This document shows positions 30,985-43,818 of a stretch of 64,000 nucleotides of DNA, in pieces (position 1 is the first letter of the stretch; the number at the start of each line of letters is the position of its first letter). A program made the translations under genes and the position numbers. Origin of the DNA: Octopus sinensis. Its lineage: Eukaryota. The notes beneath the pieces are model-generated. The model did not search any database. It was not told where the DNA came from and saw only the letters and a list, made by a program, of their open reading frames with translations. Where the stretch lies: the NCBI RefSeq assembly GCF_006345805.1, contig NC_043012.1, positions 5,084,001-5,148,000 on the forward strand, read 5' to 3'.

Positions 30985-31310
30985 ATGTTCGCTTCGCAAC
31001 CAGGTGCTTTTTAGGCAGAGTTCCATCGCGCGGCACATTACTAAAGTGCTTTCTACAACAGCCCCAGGTCACCAAAGCTTTGTGAATGAATCCGGTAGAA
31101 GGAAACTGTGTAGAAAGCCATCACACGATATGTAATCGCGTGTGAGTGCGCGCGAGCGCGTGTGTGTGTTTCTGTTTGCCCCCCCCCCCCTCACTTGACA
31201 GCTTGTGTTAGTTCGTTTGCGTCCCTGCAAATAAGTGGTTCGAAAAAAAGAAGCGACAGAATAAATGATAGAGTTTTAAAAAAGTAAGTGTAGGCCCGCG
31301 GCAATACAGC
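30985..31310 (+). mobile_element. Highly diverged SINE B
   Basis: GGCACATTACTAAAGTGCTTTCTAC..CCAAAGCTTTGTGAATGAATCCGGTAGAAGGAAACTG then CCCCCCTCACTTGACAG. Confidence 0.65.
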
Positions 31311-32962
31311 AGAAGACACTTTCCAAATGTGCCGCACAGTGTGACTGACACCGAAACCAGGTGGTTTAAACGAACTTCTAAGCCACACAGCCTTATCTAC
31401 GCCTTCTATATTACATTTCAACATTATCAAATTATTCCCATCATTTTAAAATTTCCCCAACAGCAACACAACATGGTCTCCAATAGCAGCTTTGTCCTTT
31501 TATGCCGGTACAAGGCATCGAGTTGGAAACATTTTTTTCAGACTATAATCGCTCATGTAATTGTTTCATTTCATAGTTGACATTCCACTCATGACGGTTT
31601 TATTGACCTTTAAGTCATATTCCTATTGATTTTGCTATCGATATTGAGAATTCATATTATCATCATTGCTTTTATTCGCATTAATAATAATGATTTTTTT
31701 TTTAAACATAGGCGTAGGCGAATATCTGGTGTTGAGTGTGTGGCGATGTTGTGGGGCTTGGGGAAAGGTGAAATCAATTGAGTCAGTATCGGTTATTGAT
31801 AGTGACTTCGTTTATCGACCCCGGAAGGATAAACGAGTGAGTTGATATCAGAGAAATTTAAAATCAGAATGCTAAAAGCATGGAACAAAATTCCGCAAAG
31901 CATTTTCTCGTATTTAGTTGTGATCTTAATGCCCGACAGTCTACCGTCTCCGCCAATCTGTCAAACACTTTACCATTAAAAATTTTTTTTTTTTTTGCAA
32001 ATCAGCCACCATTTTGATTCTGCTAATGTATAGCTTTGATGAAGAGGACGATGTGAATGCTGATGCTGATGCTGCTACTGATGATGATGATGAGGAAGAG
32101 GAGGAGGGGTGAGGAAGAAGAAGAAGAGGAGGAAGAGGATGAGTAAGAGGACGACGGCGACGACGATGATAATGAGGATGAGGATAAATGTAATAATAAT
32201 CCTTTCTGTTAAAGGCACAAGGCCGGAACTTTTGGGGAAGCGGGCATTTCGATTGCATCAACCCCAGTGTTCAACTGATCCTTATTTAATAGACCCCGAA
32301 AGATTGAAATACAAACTCGTCCTGGAATTGCTAGAGTATACAAACCCACTAAATGATCACTCGTTTGCATACAGTTCTGTTTTAAGTATTATTCTCAATC
32401 GCCCATGACATTTCTTCCCCGTATTTTCTTTCATATGAGCGTCTATTCTGTATGTTTATAGTTGGTCGTATTCACTTATTTTGGTTATTTTATCTAGTAT
32501 GGCGTTAGAATTCTCAGCTTTCCTCTCTGAAGAGTAAAACTATTACAAAATATCAACTGTACTACAATAAAAATAAACTGGTACAGAATGATGAAAAATT
32601 AAGACAAATATCTTCAAAATATGAGAAAAAACAAAAACTGTTTTCTGTTTTCAAAGATACGAACAAATACAAAAAAAAAAGGCTGCAATAACAAATAGCT
32701 ATAAAGAAAAAAAGGAGACACAGCAGAAATCGAGAATCACCTGGAATCGAAACTAAAACTGTGGCTACAGAATGTTATGATAAAACGATGACAAGAAGAA
32801 TACTACACATGTGATACTGGAAAATCCTGAATGGAATGGAAGTAGATACAAAATTTTTCAATACTCGCTGAGAAGCGCTGGATTCAAAGCAACGACTGAA
32901 AAATTCTTGATAACTTCTCAATATCATGGCTTTCTTTTCAGAAATCACCAAAAGTATATAAT

Positions 32963-33318
32963 TTTTTCTATCTAGGCACAAGGCCCGAAATTTTGAGAGT
33001 GGGGGGCAATAGATTAGATCGACCCCAGTACGTGACGCCGAAAAGATGAAAGGCAAAGTCGACCTTGGCAGAATTTGAACTCAGAACGTAATAACAGACA
33101 AAATACCTATTTCTTTACTGCCCACAAGGGGCTAAACATAGAGGGGACAAACAGGGCCAGACAAACGGATTAAGTCGATTTTATCGGTCCCAGTGCGTAA
33201 CTGATACTTATGAAAGGCAAAGTCGAACTCGGCGGAATTTGAACTTAGAACGTAACGACAGACGAAATACCGCTAAGCATTTCGCCCGGTGTGCTAACGT
33301 TTCTGCCAGCTCGTCGCC
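32963..33318 (-). mobile_element. Dimeric SINE A (long-tail unit plus headless short-tail unit)
   Basis: Junction AAATAC|CTATTTCTTT at 33106/33107. Confidence 0.88.
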
Positions 33319-33354
33319 CTACCAGAAGTATATAATGAAGAAGAGCATAGTAAG

Positions 33355-33720
33355 TAACTGCAGGTTATGTGGATATTGAGAAGACTCAATAAACTAAATC
33401 GTCTTCTCACGGTCCAACAATAGCCACCGCAACGATAATGAAGTTGGAACTAGCATACACTAGAAGTCGTACCAGAAAAAGTTAGCAGAGAATGGCAAAG
33501 CAACCGTACTCTGGAACAGTCTAATTGACAAAATACTGTTCTCAGAATCTACTCGAGTAAGAAATGCGTCCTAATCGACTTGTAAGTCCCATCAGATGAA
33601 AATGGATCTCCAAAACAAGACGAAGATATCCTAATAAAAAGATCTGAAAATAAATATAATATGAACATAAAATCTGAAAATTGAAAAACCATGCAGACAA
33701 GTACATAACAAAACTCGCAG
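33355..33720 (+). mobile_element. Ancient R4/Dong-like RLE remnant
   Basis: CRLCGY*EDSIN, HRNDNEVG, VPEK..ENGKATVLWN, KKCVLIDL*VPSDEN, colinear with the 16176-16700 domain; many stops. Confidence 0.6.
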
Positions 33721-35723
33721 AACTTATAAATATGCACAATATATAAGTAAAAAATAGCTCTGGTTTGCTCTGGGCATATATTACTTCGAACACTTTCTGT
33801 GTTGTAAATGTAATAAAATCCAAGCAACCCAGAGCTAGTGACCAAGACACACAAAGCTAGACTCGGTAATGAAGTGAAAGCACGCAAACAGTAATGCTGT
33901 TTCCAAATTTTGGCATAAGGCCGGGAATTTTAAGGTGGAGGAAGAGAAGTCGATTACATCGAATCAAATGCTTAAATGGTACTTATTTTATGACCCAGAG
34001 AGAATAAAAAGAAAACCAGACTTCGGCTGCATTTGAACACCGAACGTGAGGACACGGAATAAATGACGTTAATGATTTTATCTGACGCCTTAAAGATTCT
34101 GCCAGTCAGCCAACTTAATAACAACTACAAAAACAACAACAACAGTAATCCTTTCTAGTATAGGGGGAGGGGACAGGTCGGTTACACCGACCCCACTACA
34201 CGACTGGTACTTATTTTATCGACCCCGAGAGGATAAAAGGCAAAGTCCACCTCAGCGAAATTTGAACTCAAAACGTGAAAACGGACAAAATGCTGCTATG
34301 CATTTCACCCGGTATGCTAACGATTCTGCCAGCGTTAGTAGTAGTAGTAGTAGTAGTAGTAGTAATCAGAAGAAGAAGAAGAAGGAGAAGGAGAGCTTTT
34401 GATTTAGCCACAAAGGTACTAATTTTGATGGGAAGGGTTTAGACAATACCTTTAACCTCAGCACTTGACTTGAACTTCATATTATTGAATCTAGGGGAAC
34501 GAAAATAATTGACCTCGGTGAGTTTTGAACTCAGAACGTAAAGTGGATTGATGCAATTAAATATCGAAATATATCGACGAAGTTACCTATCGATTGAGGT
34601 CGTTCTTATTAACGATATTGATTTCTAGGTTCTGGAGTAGGCAATAAATGTTTCTTAGAAGTGACTAATTGATTGAATCAATAACCAGTATACCAATGGT
34701 ATGTATATTAATCATCTCAACTGACGACGGTAATGAAAGTCAACCGCGTACCCTCTGTTCCATGTGGATAAATTACTCATTGGAACTTTCGATTGCATAG
34801 GGATAAATGACAAAGTTTCGCAACCCCATAGGGGTGAGTGAAGGGCAAATTCATGCACCCAACTGCACAGGGATGGAAAACAAATCTGGGGATACAATTC
34901 CCCAGAGGTAAAAATTAAAGCCTGGACTTCGATGTCTCAGAGATAAAAGACGAAATCAGTCGGGCAGGGCAGAATTTTAACTCAGACCTCAAAGATTAAA
35001 AACCACAGTTGTATCTGTCACAGTACTATCCTCTAGCTCTTACTGAGACCATTCTCTCCGTGATATTATTTTTTACCATCGGTACAAGGTCGAGCATTTT
35101 AAGAGACCCGAGAATTTCGTTTCAAATATTGACACAAGGCTGACAATTTCGGTGGAGTCGGCAAGTCGATTAAATCAACCCTAGTGCATAACTGGTACTT
35201 ATTTCATCGACCCCGAAAGGATGAAAAGCAAAGTTGACCGCGGCGGAATTTGAACTCAGAACGTAAAGACGGCCGGACTAAATGCCGCTAAGCATTTTAT
35301 CCGGCGTGCCGACGAATCTGCGAGCTCGCCACCTTACGTAACCCTAATATTTGAGTGGTAACTACTATATCGACTCAATAAGAACACACTTAAGATCTGA
35401 GAATCTTTTCCATTTGCGAAATTACTGTTTCTGCGAAATTATTCCCGTTAGTATTGATTAATATATATTAAAATCCTGATTAATATGTCTTTTAGTAATA
35501 TCATTGCTCTTCTTATATAGAGTCAATAAACTTAAGCAAATTTTCAATATGTGTAGGTATACATGTATGTATGTATGTATGTATGTACATATATGTGCGC
35601 GCGCGCGTTTGTGTGTGTGTATATATATATATATAATTATTATTATTTGAGGGAATAAAATCCAAACTTACAAGGAAAAAGAATTCAATTTAGAAATACT
35701 AAATCAAATTTCACACAATATAA

Positions 35724-36034
35724 TATATATATAAAATATTAGATAAAAACCACCTTTTATCAATTCAAAATGAATAATTAAATTACACCATCTAGAAAAT
35801 TACATATAATAGAAAAGTTAAAATTAAAATAACAATTAAAAAGTAAAGATTAAGTAAATTACAAAAATAATATAATGTATATAATAGGTATTATATTATA
35901 TACACTATGTTATTTTTGTAATTTACTTAATCTTTACTTTTTAATTGTTATTTTAACTTTTCTATTATGTATAATTTTCTAGATGGTGTAATGTAATTAT
36001 TCATTTTGAATTGATAAAAGGTGTTTGTTTTCTA

Positions 36035-36050
<16 letters not shown>
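35724..36050. repeat. Near-perfect AT-rich palindrome, arms about 160 bp, spacer about 11 nt
   Basis: CACCTTTTATCAATTCAAAATGAATAATT..ACACCATCTAGAAAATT mirrored by AATTTTCTAGATGGTGT..AATTATTCATTTTGAATTGATAAAAGGTG. Confidence 0.93.
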
Positions 36051-36092
<42 letters not shown>

Positions 36093-36337
36093 AAATTATA
36101 TGAACATGCATACATAAATATGCATGTATATTTGCGCGTACGCGTCTGTGTGAGTGGGTGGAGTTATGAAATTTGAACACATAGTATAGCACACAATCAG
36201 ATAAGATATTAAAGATATTGTAATGAAAGTCACATTCAAACGCTGATTGAATCGAACCCAGTTAATATTTCGGTCAAGTAACTCTGGGTAATTTCACAAG
36301 GGTTTTTGTGATTTGTATATTATTGTAATTATATATG

Positions 36338-36374
<37 letters not shown>

Positions 36375-36385
36375 ACACACACGCT

Positions 36386-36418
<33 letters not shown>

Positions 36419-37711
36419 ACACACGCACACACACACACATTACATTGCAGCCTCAGTCATTGTTAGTGACAACTGAATTTTTCCTTCTAGGTTATATATC
36501 ATGCCTAACCACCTTCGTTATTGTGTGAGTGTGTGTGGTGGGCGCGCGTATGAAGAGAAAGAAGGATCAAAATGGAGAAAAAGATTTGTTGCATTTGCTT
36601 TAAATTATTAACTATTTTGTGAATATTTACACTACAATATTGTGGAATTATGTTATATATATTTTCCCGTCTTTCTCGATTTTTAACTCCAGGTGAATCC
36701 TGATCAATCAGATTTCTGGTGAGATACGTTTTACCCGTGACCATCCCGACATTTTAAAGCTGTTTTCAGGACTGCATTAACTAATGTATCTTGTCCTTAC
36801 GAAAGATAGCAGGGTGTCTTGAGGGTGATTTGGCTGCTGTTTCCTGTACTTCGACCAGCTATGTAGAAACCCGTTGCCTCGTAGGGCTGTAGTATGTTAT
36901 TATGTACACACTCGCACACAAGCACACACACTTCACAAACACACACACCTCACACGCATACCTCACACACACACACCTCACACACACCTCACACACACAC
37001 CTCACAAAGACACACCTCATACACACACCTCACACATACACACCTCACACACGCACACACCTCTCACACACACATTTGTATAAATATATAATATATATGT
37101 GAGTGTGCTTGTGTGTGCCCGTGTCTATGTGTGTGTGTGCATGTGTGACCCGGGGATAGACAGCATGCTTAACACCAAACAGCTTCTATTGCTGGAAAGG
37201 GTAGCTAAATTTCCTGGGGCCAAATCGTACAATATTTGCAATCGAGCGACATATTGGTTCCAGATACATTAAGAGATAGCCACGGTTGGAACGATTGTTA
37301 CCATATTTCTCTCCGACCAAAGCTGAAATATAGTCAAAGGACGTCGAGTATAATAACAACAAAAACAAAAGCGACAACAACCACAACAGCAACCACAACA
37401 ACGATGATGACTATAACAATACGGCTTCAGTACAATGTAATTGAATATTAATACTAATTAATCTGATGACAGAAGACACAGGAACCGGGAAATTAGTTAA
37501 TTACAAGGATTGTTTAGAAATAATTAGCATTGTTATTAAACATGAAGGCTGTCATTGCAGCTATTGTGGCTTTCATCTATCAGCCAACAACTGCTTGAAG
37601 TAGGAAGTTATTAGAACCACGAACAGCTGTGCTCCACCTCGCGCTCTGCTACAGAGTATTGTTTTACACGCATATACAATTATATTGTTATATACGATAT
37701 TTCCACTAGAT

Positions 37712-38116
37712 TCGTTTCAAATTTTAGCATGAGGCCATCAACTTCGAGAGAGAGAGAGGGGCTAAGTCGATTACATCAGCCCCAGTGTTCAACTGGTACT
37801 TATTTTATAGATCCTGACAGGGAAGAAAGGCAAAATCGACTTCGGGGGAATTTGAACTCAGAACGTAGCGGCAAGCGAAATACCTATTTCTTTACTGTCC
37901 ACAAGGAGCCAAACACGGAGACGACAAACAAGGACAGACAAACGGATTAAGTCGATTATATCGACCCCGGGGCATAATTGGTACTTATTTAATCGACCTC
38001 GAGAGGATGAAAGGCAAATTCGACCTCGGCGGAATTTGAACTCAGAACGTAACGGCAGACGAAATACGGCGACTCATTTCGCCCGGCATGCTAACGTTTT
38101 TTGCCAGCTCGCCGCC
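37712..38116 (-). mobile_element. Dimeric SINE A
   Basis: Same junction AAATAC|CTATTTCTTT at 37883/37884. Confidence 0.88.
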
Positions 38117-38753
38117 TTACTGGTTTTATATATTAAGAGAAAGAAGTAGTCAGGATTTAGATTTTAAAAAAAGATTCTTTATGTAGCCCTTTCTACCTTT
38201 CAGGGATGCATCACGTCTGACTGGATCTTTGAGAGGAACAAAAGTTGAAAATAAACACCTTGTATATCACTTTCTCCTCCCTTTAACTTTAAATCAAAAG
38301 TAACTGGTGATTTTTCAGGATAAAAGTTGTTTTAAAAAATGCTTCTACTCATGCAAAATTCGAAAAGTTTCCAGAATTGCCGATATGGCCAGGGAGAAAA
38401 GGTTTTCAATTTAGTTGTATTTAGCATAATTTCACTTACTTATGCTTAGATTCTATTAAATTTTCATTAAATTTAAGCCCTTATTTTTTCTGTAAATCCT
38501 ATCCTGACATAAAATGAGTCAACGTCAAAGAAAAAAAAAAAGAGAGAGCCGCCGACAGTTCCAATTAAATAATTCCAGGCGTTAGCTTAAATATAAATAT
38601 ATATATATATATATTATATAATATAATATATAGATATATATATATATATATATATATATTAGTCAATTTAGGGTAGCAAAAAAATTCAATAGAAATTTAT
38701 CGCAACCAGCGGCCTGGTGAAAAAGAGAAAATAGTCATCGACTAAATATATAA

Positions 38754-39274
38754 ATATAACGATTTAGGATGACCCTAACAGGTCACTCGTCCACCAGAAA
38801 GAGCAGCCATAACTCACCACCGCCAAGTATTATTAATTCAGAAATTAGGAGAAAATTTAAAATTTAAAATTTAAAAACATTTACCCTAATTCATCTTTTA
38901 GGACGTGCAACAAACGTTTCTGTGTCATTAATGATTAAATTAGCTTAATTAATTAAATTAAGCCAATCTACCATAGGTTACACTTCATCAGTAAAGACCC
39001 TGGTGAGAGACAAATATACACGAGGCGTCTGTATCGAGCCTACGGGAATCTGACTTAAAATTTTCAAGACTGACGTATTCGCGCCAAACTTATCAACAGT
39101 AAATATATACTGTACTAGCCGATTCAATCTCAGAATTATTCAGAAAATTATCAATTAGGGTAATGTTTTTAAATTTTCTCCTAATTCTGAATTAATAATA
39201 CTTGGCGGTGTGAGTTATGGCTGCTCTTTCTGGTGGACGAGTGACCTGTTAGGGTCACTCCTAAATCGTTATAT
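38754..39274. repeat. Inverted repeat, arms about 120-135 bp with 260-bp spacer, probably a PLE terminal-repeat inversion
   Basis: ACGATTTAGGA-TGACCCTAACAGGTCACTCGTCCACCAGAAAGAGCAGCCATAACTCAC versus its reverse complement at 39210-39270; hammerhead-like motif in the spacer. Confidence 0.9.
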
Positions 39275-39387
39275 ATATAATATATATATATAATATATAT
39301 ATATAGATATATATAATATACATACATGCATTAGTACCGTGAAAGATGTATGTACGTGAACATGAAACTGGCAAACGATTTCGTGAA

Positions 39388-39422
39388 TACCTTACCGAGC
39401 AACGCTGGGTAGTAAGTCTAGC
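39388..39422 (-). mobile_element. 5' end fragment of a Helentron-type non-autonomous element
   Basis: Minus GCTAGACTTACTACCCAGCGTTGCTCGG matches GTAGCAGTATCGCCCGGCGTTGCTCGG at 53082. Confidence 0.55.
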
Positions 39423-39450
39423 ACACACACACACACACATATATATATAC

Positions 39451-39866
39451 TCTTACTATTTTACTCTTTTACTTGTTTCAGTCATTTGACTGCGGCCATG
39501 CTGGAGCACCGCCTTTAATCGAGCAACTCGGCCCCGGGACTTATTCTTTGTAAGCCCAGTACTTATTCTATCGGTCTCTTTTGCCGAACCGCTATGTGAC
39601 GAGGACATAAACACACCAGCATTGGTTGTCAAGCAATGCTAGGGGGACAAATATAGACACACAAACATACACGCACACACATATATATATATATATACAT
39701 ATATACGACAGGCTTCTTTCAGTTTCCGTCTACCAAATCCACTCACAAGGCTTTGGTCGGCCCGAGGCTATAGTAGAAGACACTTGCCCAAGGTGCCACG
39801 CAGTGGGACTGAACCCGGAACCATGTGGTTGGTAAGCAAGCTATTTACCACACAGCCACTCCTACG

Positions 39867-39868
<2 letters not shown>
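39451..39868 (-). mobile_element. SINE B, full length, well preserved, embedded in (TA)n
   Basis: GGCGTAGGAGTGGCTGTGTGG (A box), GGTTCAGTCCC (B box), CACCTTGGGCAAGTGTCTT CORE-like motif, (AAAAGAGT)-type tail. Confidence 0.93.
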
Positions 39869-39921
<53 letters not shown>

Positions 39922-40449
39922 TAACAAAATAATAAATAAAACATATGCATATATACATACGTATATGTACGTACCTATATCTCTTTGTATATATACATGC
40001 ATATATGGGTACAGGACACAAAAAAAAACGTCGAACACAATGGGAAACGAAAACATAAACACAAAACTAAGGAAATGGTCATTTTTCTTAAACAACGAAA
40101 AAAAAGAGTACAAGACACACAACACAAAGGAAATTCCTCTTCTGCAGCCGCCTCTGTTTCAGCTACTCCGCGTATATATACATACATGCATACATACATA
40201 CATACATACATACATACATACATACATACATACATACATACATACATACACGCGCATATATGTACGTATGTATATGTGGATATGTATACGTTGCATATAT
40301 ATGCGGATGTAGGAACGTATGTGTGTGTGTATTGCTTGTAAGTTTGTGCGGGTGTACAAATGTACACGCTTTAACGCTTCTGCAAATCCACTTAATATTT
40401 GATATGGAAATAATAATGGCCATCATTGATTCTAATAATTATCACAGTT

Positions 40450-42300
40450 AAGGCAGTCAACTGGAAAAATCGGTCGATCATTAAATGATGTACTTTACCC
40501 TATTCAGTTGCGTAACTTTTTAAGTTCTTGCTTCGAAGTCCACTTAGATTAACATTGCCTTTCATCCTTTTGGGGGTCAAGAAAAATAACGTAGCAGAAA
40601 AATACTGAATTGTCTTTGGCTCGACCCATCAGGAATTTGTTCTGAAATGATTTGCAGGATCAGCTGAGCACGGAACAATATGTCTAGTTGTACATAGTTA
40701 CGGCTCTTCCGATTTAGTGTTCAAATCTCGCCGAAGACATCTTTGCTTTTCATCCCTCCCAGATCGATAAAAGTAAAATACCAACCTAAAACTGCAATCC
40801 ATATAACCTGCTAACATCCACCCCTTATGCATTTCAACCCTTAGGCCTATGTATGAACTCATTATTATGGTTATTGAAGGTGGTGAGCTGGCAGAACCGT
40901 GAGCATGCAGGGCGAAATGCTTAGCGTTATTTCGTCTCCCGCTACGTTCTGAGTTTAAATTCCGCCGAGGTCGACTTTGCCTTTCATCCTTTCGGGGTCG
41001 ATTGAATAAGTACCAGTTACGCACTGGGGTCGATATAAACGACTTAATCCGTTTGTCTGTCCTTGTTTGTCCCCTCTGTGTTTAGCCCCTTCTGGGTAGT
41101 AAAGAAATAGGTATTTCATCTGCCGTTACGTTCTGAGTTCAAATTCCTCCGAGGTCGACATTGCCTTTCATCTTTTCGGGGTTGATAAATTAAATACCAG
41201 TTGATTACTGGGGTCGATATAATCGAGTTTCCCCTTCCCCCCAAATTTCAGACCTTGTGCCTGCAATAGAAAGGATTTTTATGATTATTGTAAAGGCAGC
41301 GATCTCGCAGAACCTGTAGCAGATCGGACGGAACGCTTCCCAACATTTCTTCCGGCTTCATATTCCTAGTTTAAATTCCTCCGAGATCTACCTTGCCTTC
41401 CATCCAATTCGGCTAAAATAAGCACAAGTTCAGCAATGACGTCGATGCAGTTGACTGGCCACCACCCACGAAAATTTCATTGGAGAGTATTTCTGTTAGG
41501 GCGGCAAACTGGCAAAATAGGTAGCATGGACAAAAATTCTGATCAGTATTATATCGGTCTTTGCTACATTCTGAGTTCAAATTCGGCCGAAATTGACTTA
41601 GCCTTTCTTACTTTCGGAGTCCATGAAATATTTACCAGCGGAGTACCGAGATCGATGTAATCGAATCACGTACTCTCCTCAAAATAGTCAACCTGGTACT
41701 TAATTTAAGAGCCATTGAAGGGCAACGGGTCAGCAGAATCGTTAGGACGTCGGAAAAATACTATGCAGCATTTCTATACATTTTTGTTTCAAATCTTGTT
41801 GAGGTTTACTTTACACTTCATCTTTTCGGAGTGAATAATGTAAAGTACCGACCACCAAGTCCTGGTTTCAATGAGATCAAATAAATGTTCAGTATTTTTA
41901 CGAGTTTACATTCTGAGTTCAACTCCCGCCGAGGTCGGCTTTGCTTTTCATACTTTCAGGGTTGATAAAATAGGTATCAGTTGAGTACTGTAGTCGATAT
42001 AATTGACTTCCCTCTCACCCACAATTGTTAGCCGTGTGTCAAAATTTGAAAGCATTATTATGCTATTGTAGTTGAAGAATTTATTGGACAGGAGACATAA
42101 TACTTTATGGCATTTAATTATGTATCATTATCCTCTAAGTTCAAATCGCACCATCTTTTGTTCATTTGGAGATTGGTGAATTAAAACACCTTAAATCCTG
42201 ATATTCGTTAAAAACATGTATTAACTATAAACGTATATCCCTTCATGATTTGAGCTCAAATCCCGCTGTCCTTTTCGTGGGATCAATAAAATATATATCT
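40450..42300 (+). mobile_element. Head-to-tail pile-up of about 10 SINE A copies of differing divergence
   Basis: B-box-like motifs near 40520, 40720, 40950, 41135, 41365, 41575, 41785, 41915, 42140 and 42255, all on the plus strand. Confidence 0.8.
40879..41280 (+). mobile_element. Dimeric SINE A
   Basis: Junction AAAGAAATAG|GTATTTC at 41110/41111. Confidence 0.9.
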
Positions 42301-42449
42301 GTTAAGCACAGAGTCCTATATAATCAGAGCCCCTAAATCTGAGGCTTTGTGCATCAGTTTGGAATCAGTAGATTTATTTGAATCGGAACACCAAAAGACA
42401 GAAGGCTTTGTGGTATTTAACTGCATCCCTTCACGTTCTGATGAAAATG

Positions 42450-42680
42450 CGAAGCCCAGCAGTTCATGTGTTGCACTTACGATCGCAAGATCGCGGTATC
42501 GATTTCCGGACCGGGCTTTGCATTGTGTTCTTGAGCAAGACACCTCATCTCACGTTGCTCCAGTTCATTCAGCTGTAAATGAGTACTCCTTCGACAGAGT
42601 GGCGTCCCGTTCAAGGGGACGGTTGTAACGGTTATGGGGTAATGAAATTGGGTAACCGGATTTACGAGTCCTAAGACTCA
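42450..42680 (+). mobile_element. SINE C, diverged copy
   Basis: TCGATTTCCGGACCGGG..TTGTGTTCTTGAGCAAGACACC..CACGTTGCTCCAGT..TGGCGTCCCGTTCA matches the 8817-9086 element. Confidence 0.8.
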
Positions 42681-43186
42681 GGACAGTGTTTGTATTTTAT
42701 TTTCATTTTTTGCTTTCACTTCCAGATTTACTGGATCGATAAAATAAAGTATCCATCATGTATTTGGGTCATTTTAATCGATTTCTTTGCACTCAAAATA
42801 TTTGGACTTTAACGAAGAACCGAAAAGTGAGAGGAATGATGTAAATACGTATGACCTTCAGCAGAATTTATCTTACTTAAACACGAAGAAAGGGGATTGT
42901 TATGACAACAGAAAATGATAAAACGAAAATAAAAAGTAAACTTTTGCAAAACATAGCTTGACTATTGGCCAAGAGTGTAAGAAATATTAGTTTAAACATA
43001 TTTACCAATCAAACAAATTATTTGGCAGGAAAATAAGTTAATCTTCTGCGATGTCTGTGAGGGACTTCTGTCAAAGTATTATTTATTATAAAAACGGGAG
43101 GAAGAGATTGGAGTAGAGGTGATACGACAGCCTGGAAGCTCATTCTTCCGCTTTCTTCATATTATTATTGTTGTTATTATTACTAC

Positions 43187-43244
<58 letters not shown>

Positions 43245-43254
43245 TATGACTAAC

Positions 43255-43490
43255 ATTAGTTTAAAATTTTGGTACAAGGCCAGCAATTTTATGGGAGGAC
43301 TAAGTAGATTACATCGAACCCCCCCCCCCGACCCCCAGCGACGGGATCAACTGGTACTTATTTTATCGATCCTGTAAGGACGAAAGGCAAAGTCGAACTC
43401 GGTGGGTTTTGAATTCAGAACGTAAAGCCGGACGAAATGCCGCTAAGCACTCGGCCAGGTACAATGACGATTCTGCCAACCCATTGCCTT
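43255..43490 (-). mobile_element. SINE A copy next to a (TTA)n array
   Basis: Reverse-complement core and head; array at 43160-43245. Confidence 0.8.
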
Positions 43491-43818
43491 ATCTGCTACT
43501 AACATTAAGTTTAGTCGAGAAAAGAATCTTTGTAAGGGTAGATATTATATCTCAAAGGAATTAGCTGTGTAAATGAACTGGCTTCAAGTAAAACTCGAAC
43601 ACTTCAACGCCGGCTTCAATTATACTTTGGCTTGATCAAAATATGTTATTGCGACACTCAGAGAAATAGCGAGGGGTAATTGTTTTGATGTTTCGTACAG
43701 TAGCCCTCTTCAGCAGAGTTTGTTGAATGCAAAGGGACAATGAGACAAAAAAAACATACTGAGAAAAGAAAAGAAAACATAAAAATTGCAACTGTATATA
43801 TATAAATATATATATATA

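Larger units (their letters stand above)
31740..35340 (-). mobile_element. Cluster of about 9 SINE A copies or fragments, all on the minus strand
   Basis: Core or B-box reverse complements near 31820, 32290, 33075, 33240, 34030, 34260, 34525, 34975 and 35232. Confidence 0.8.
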
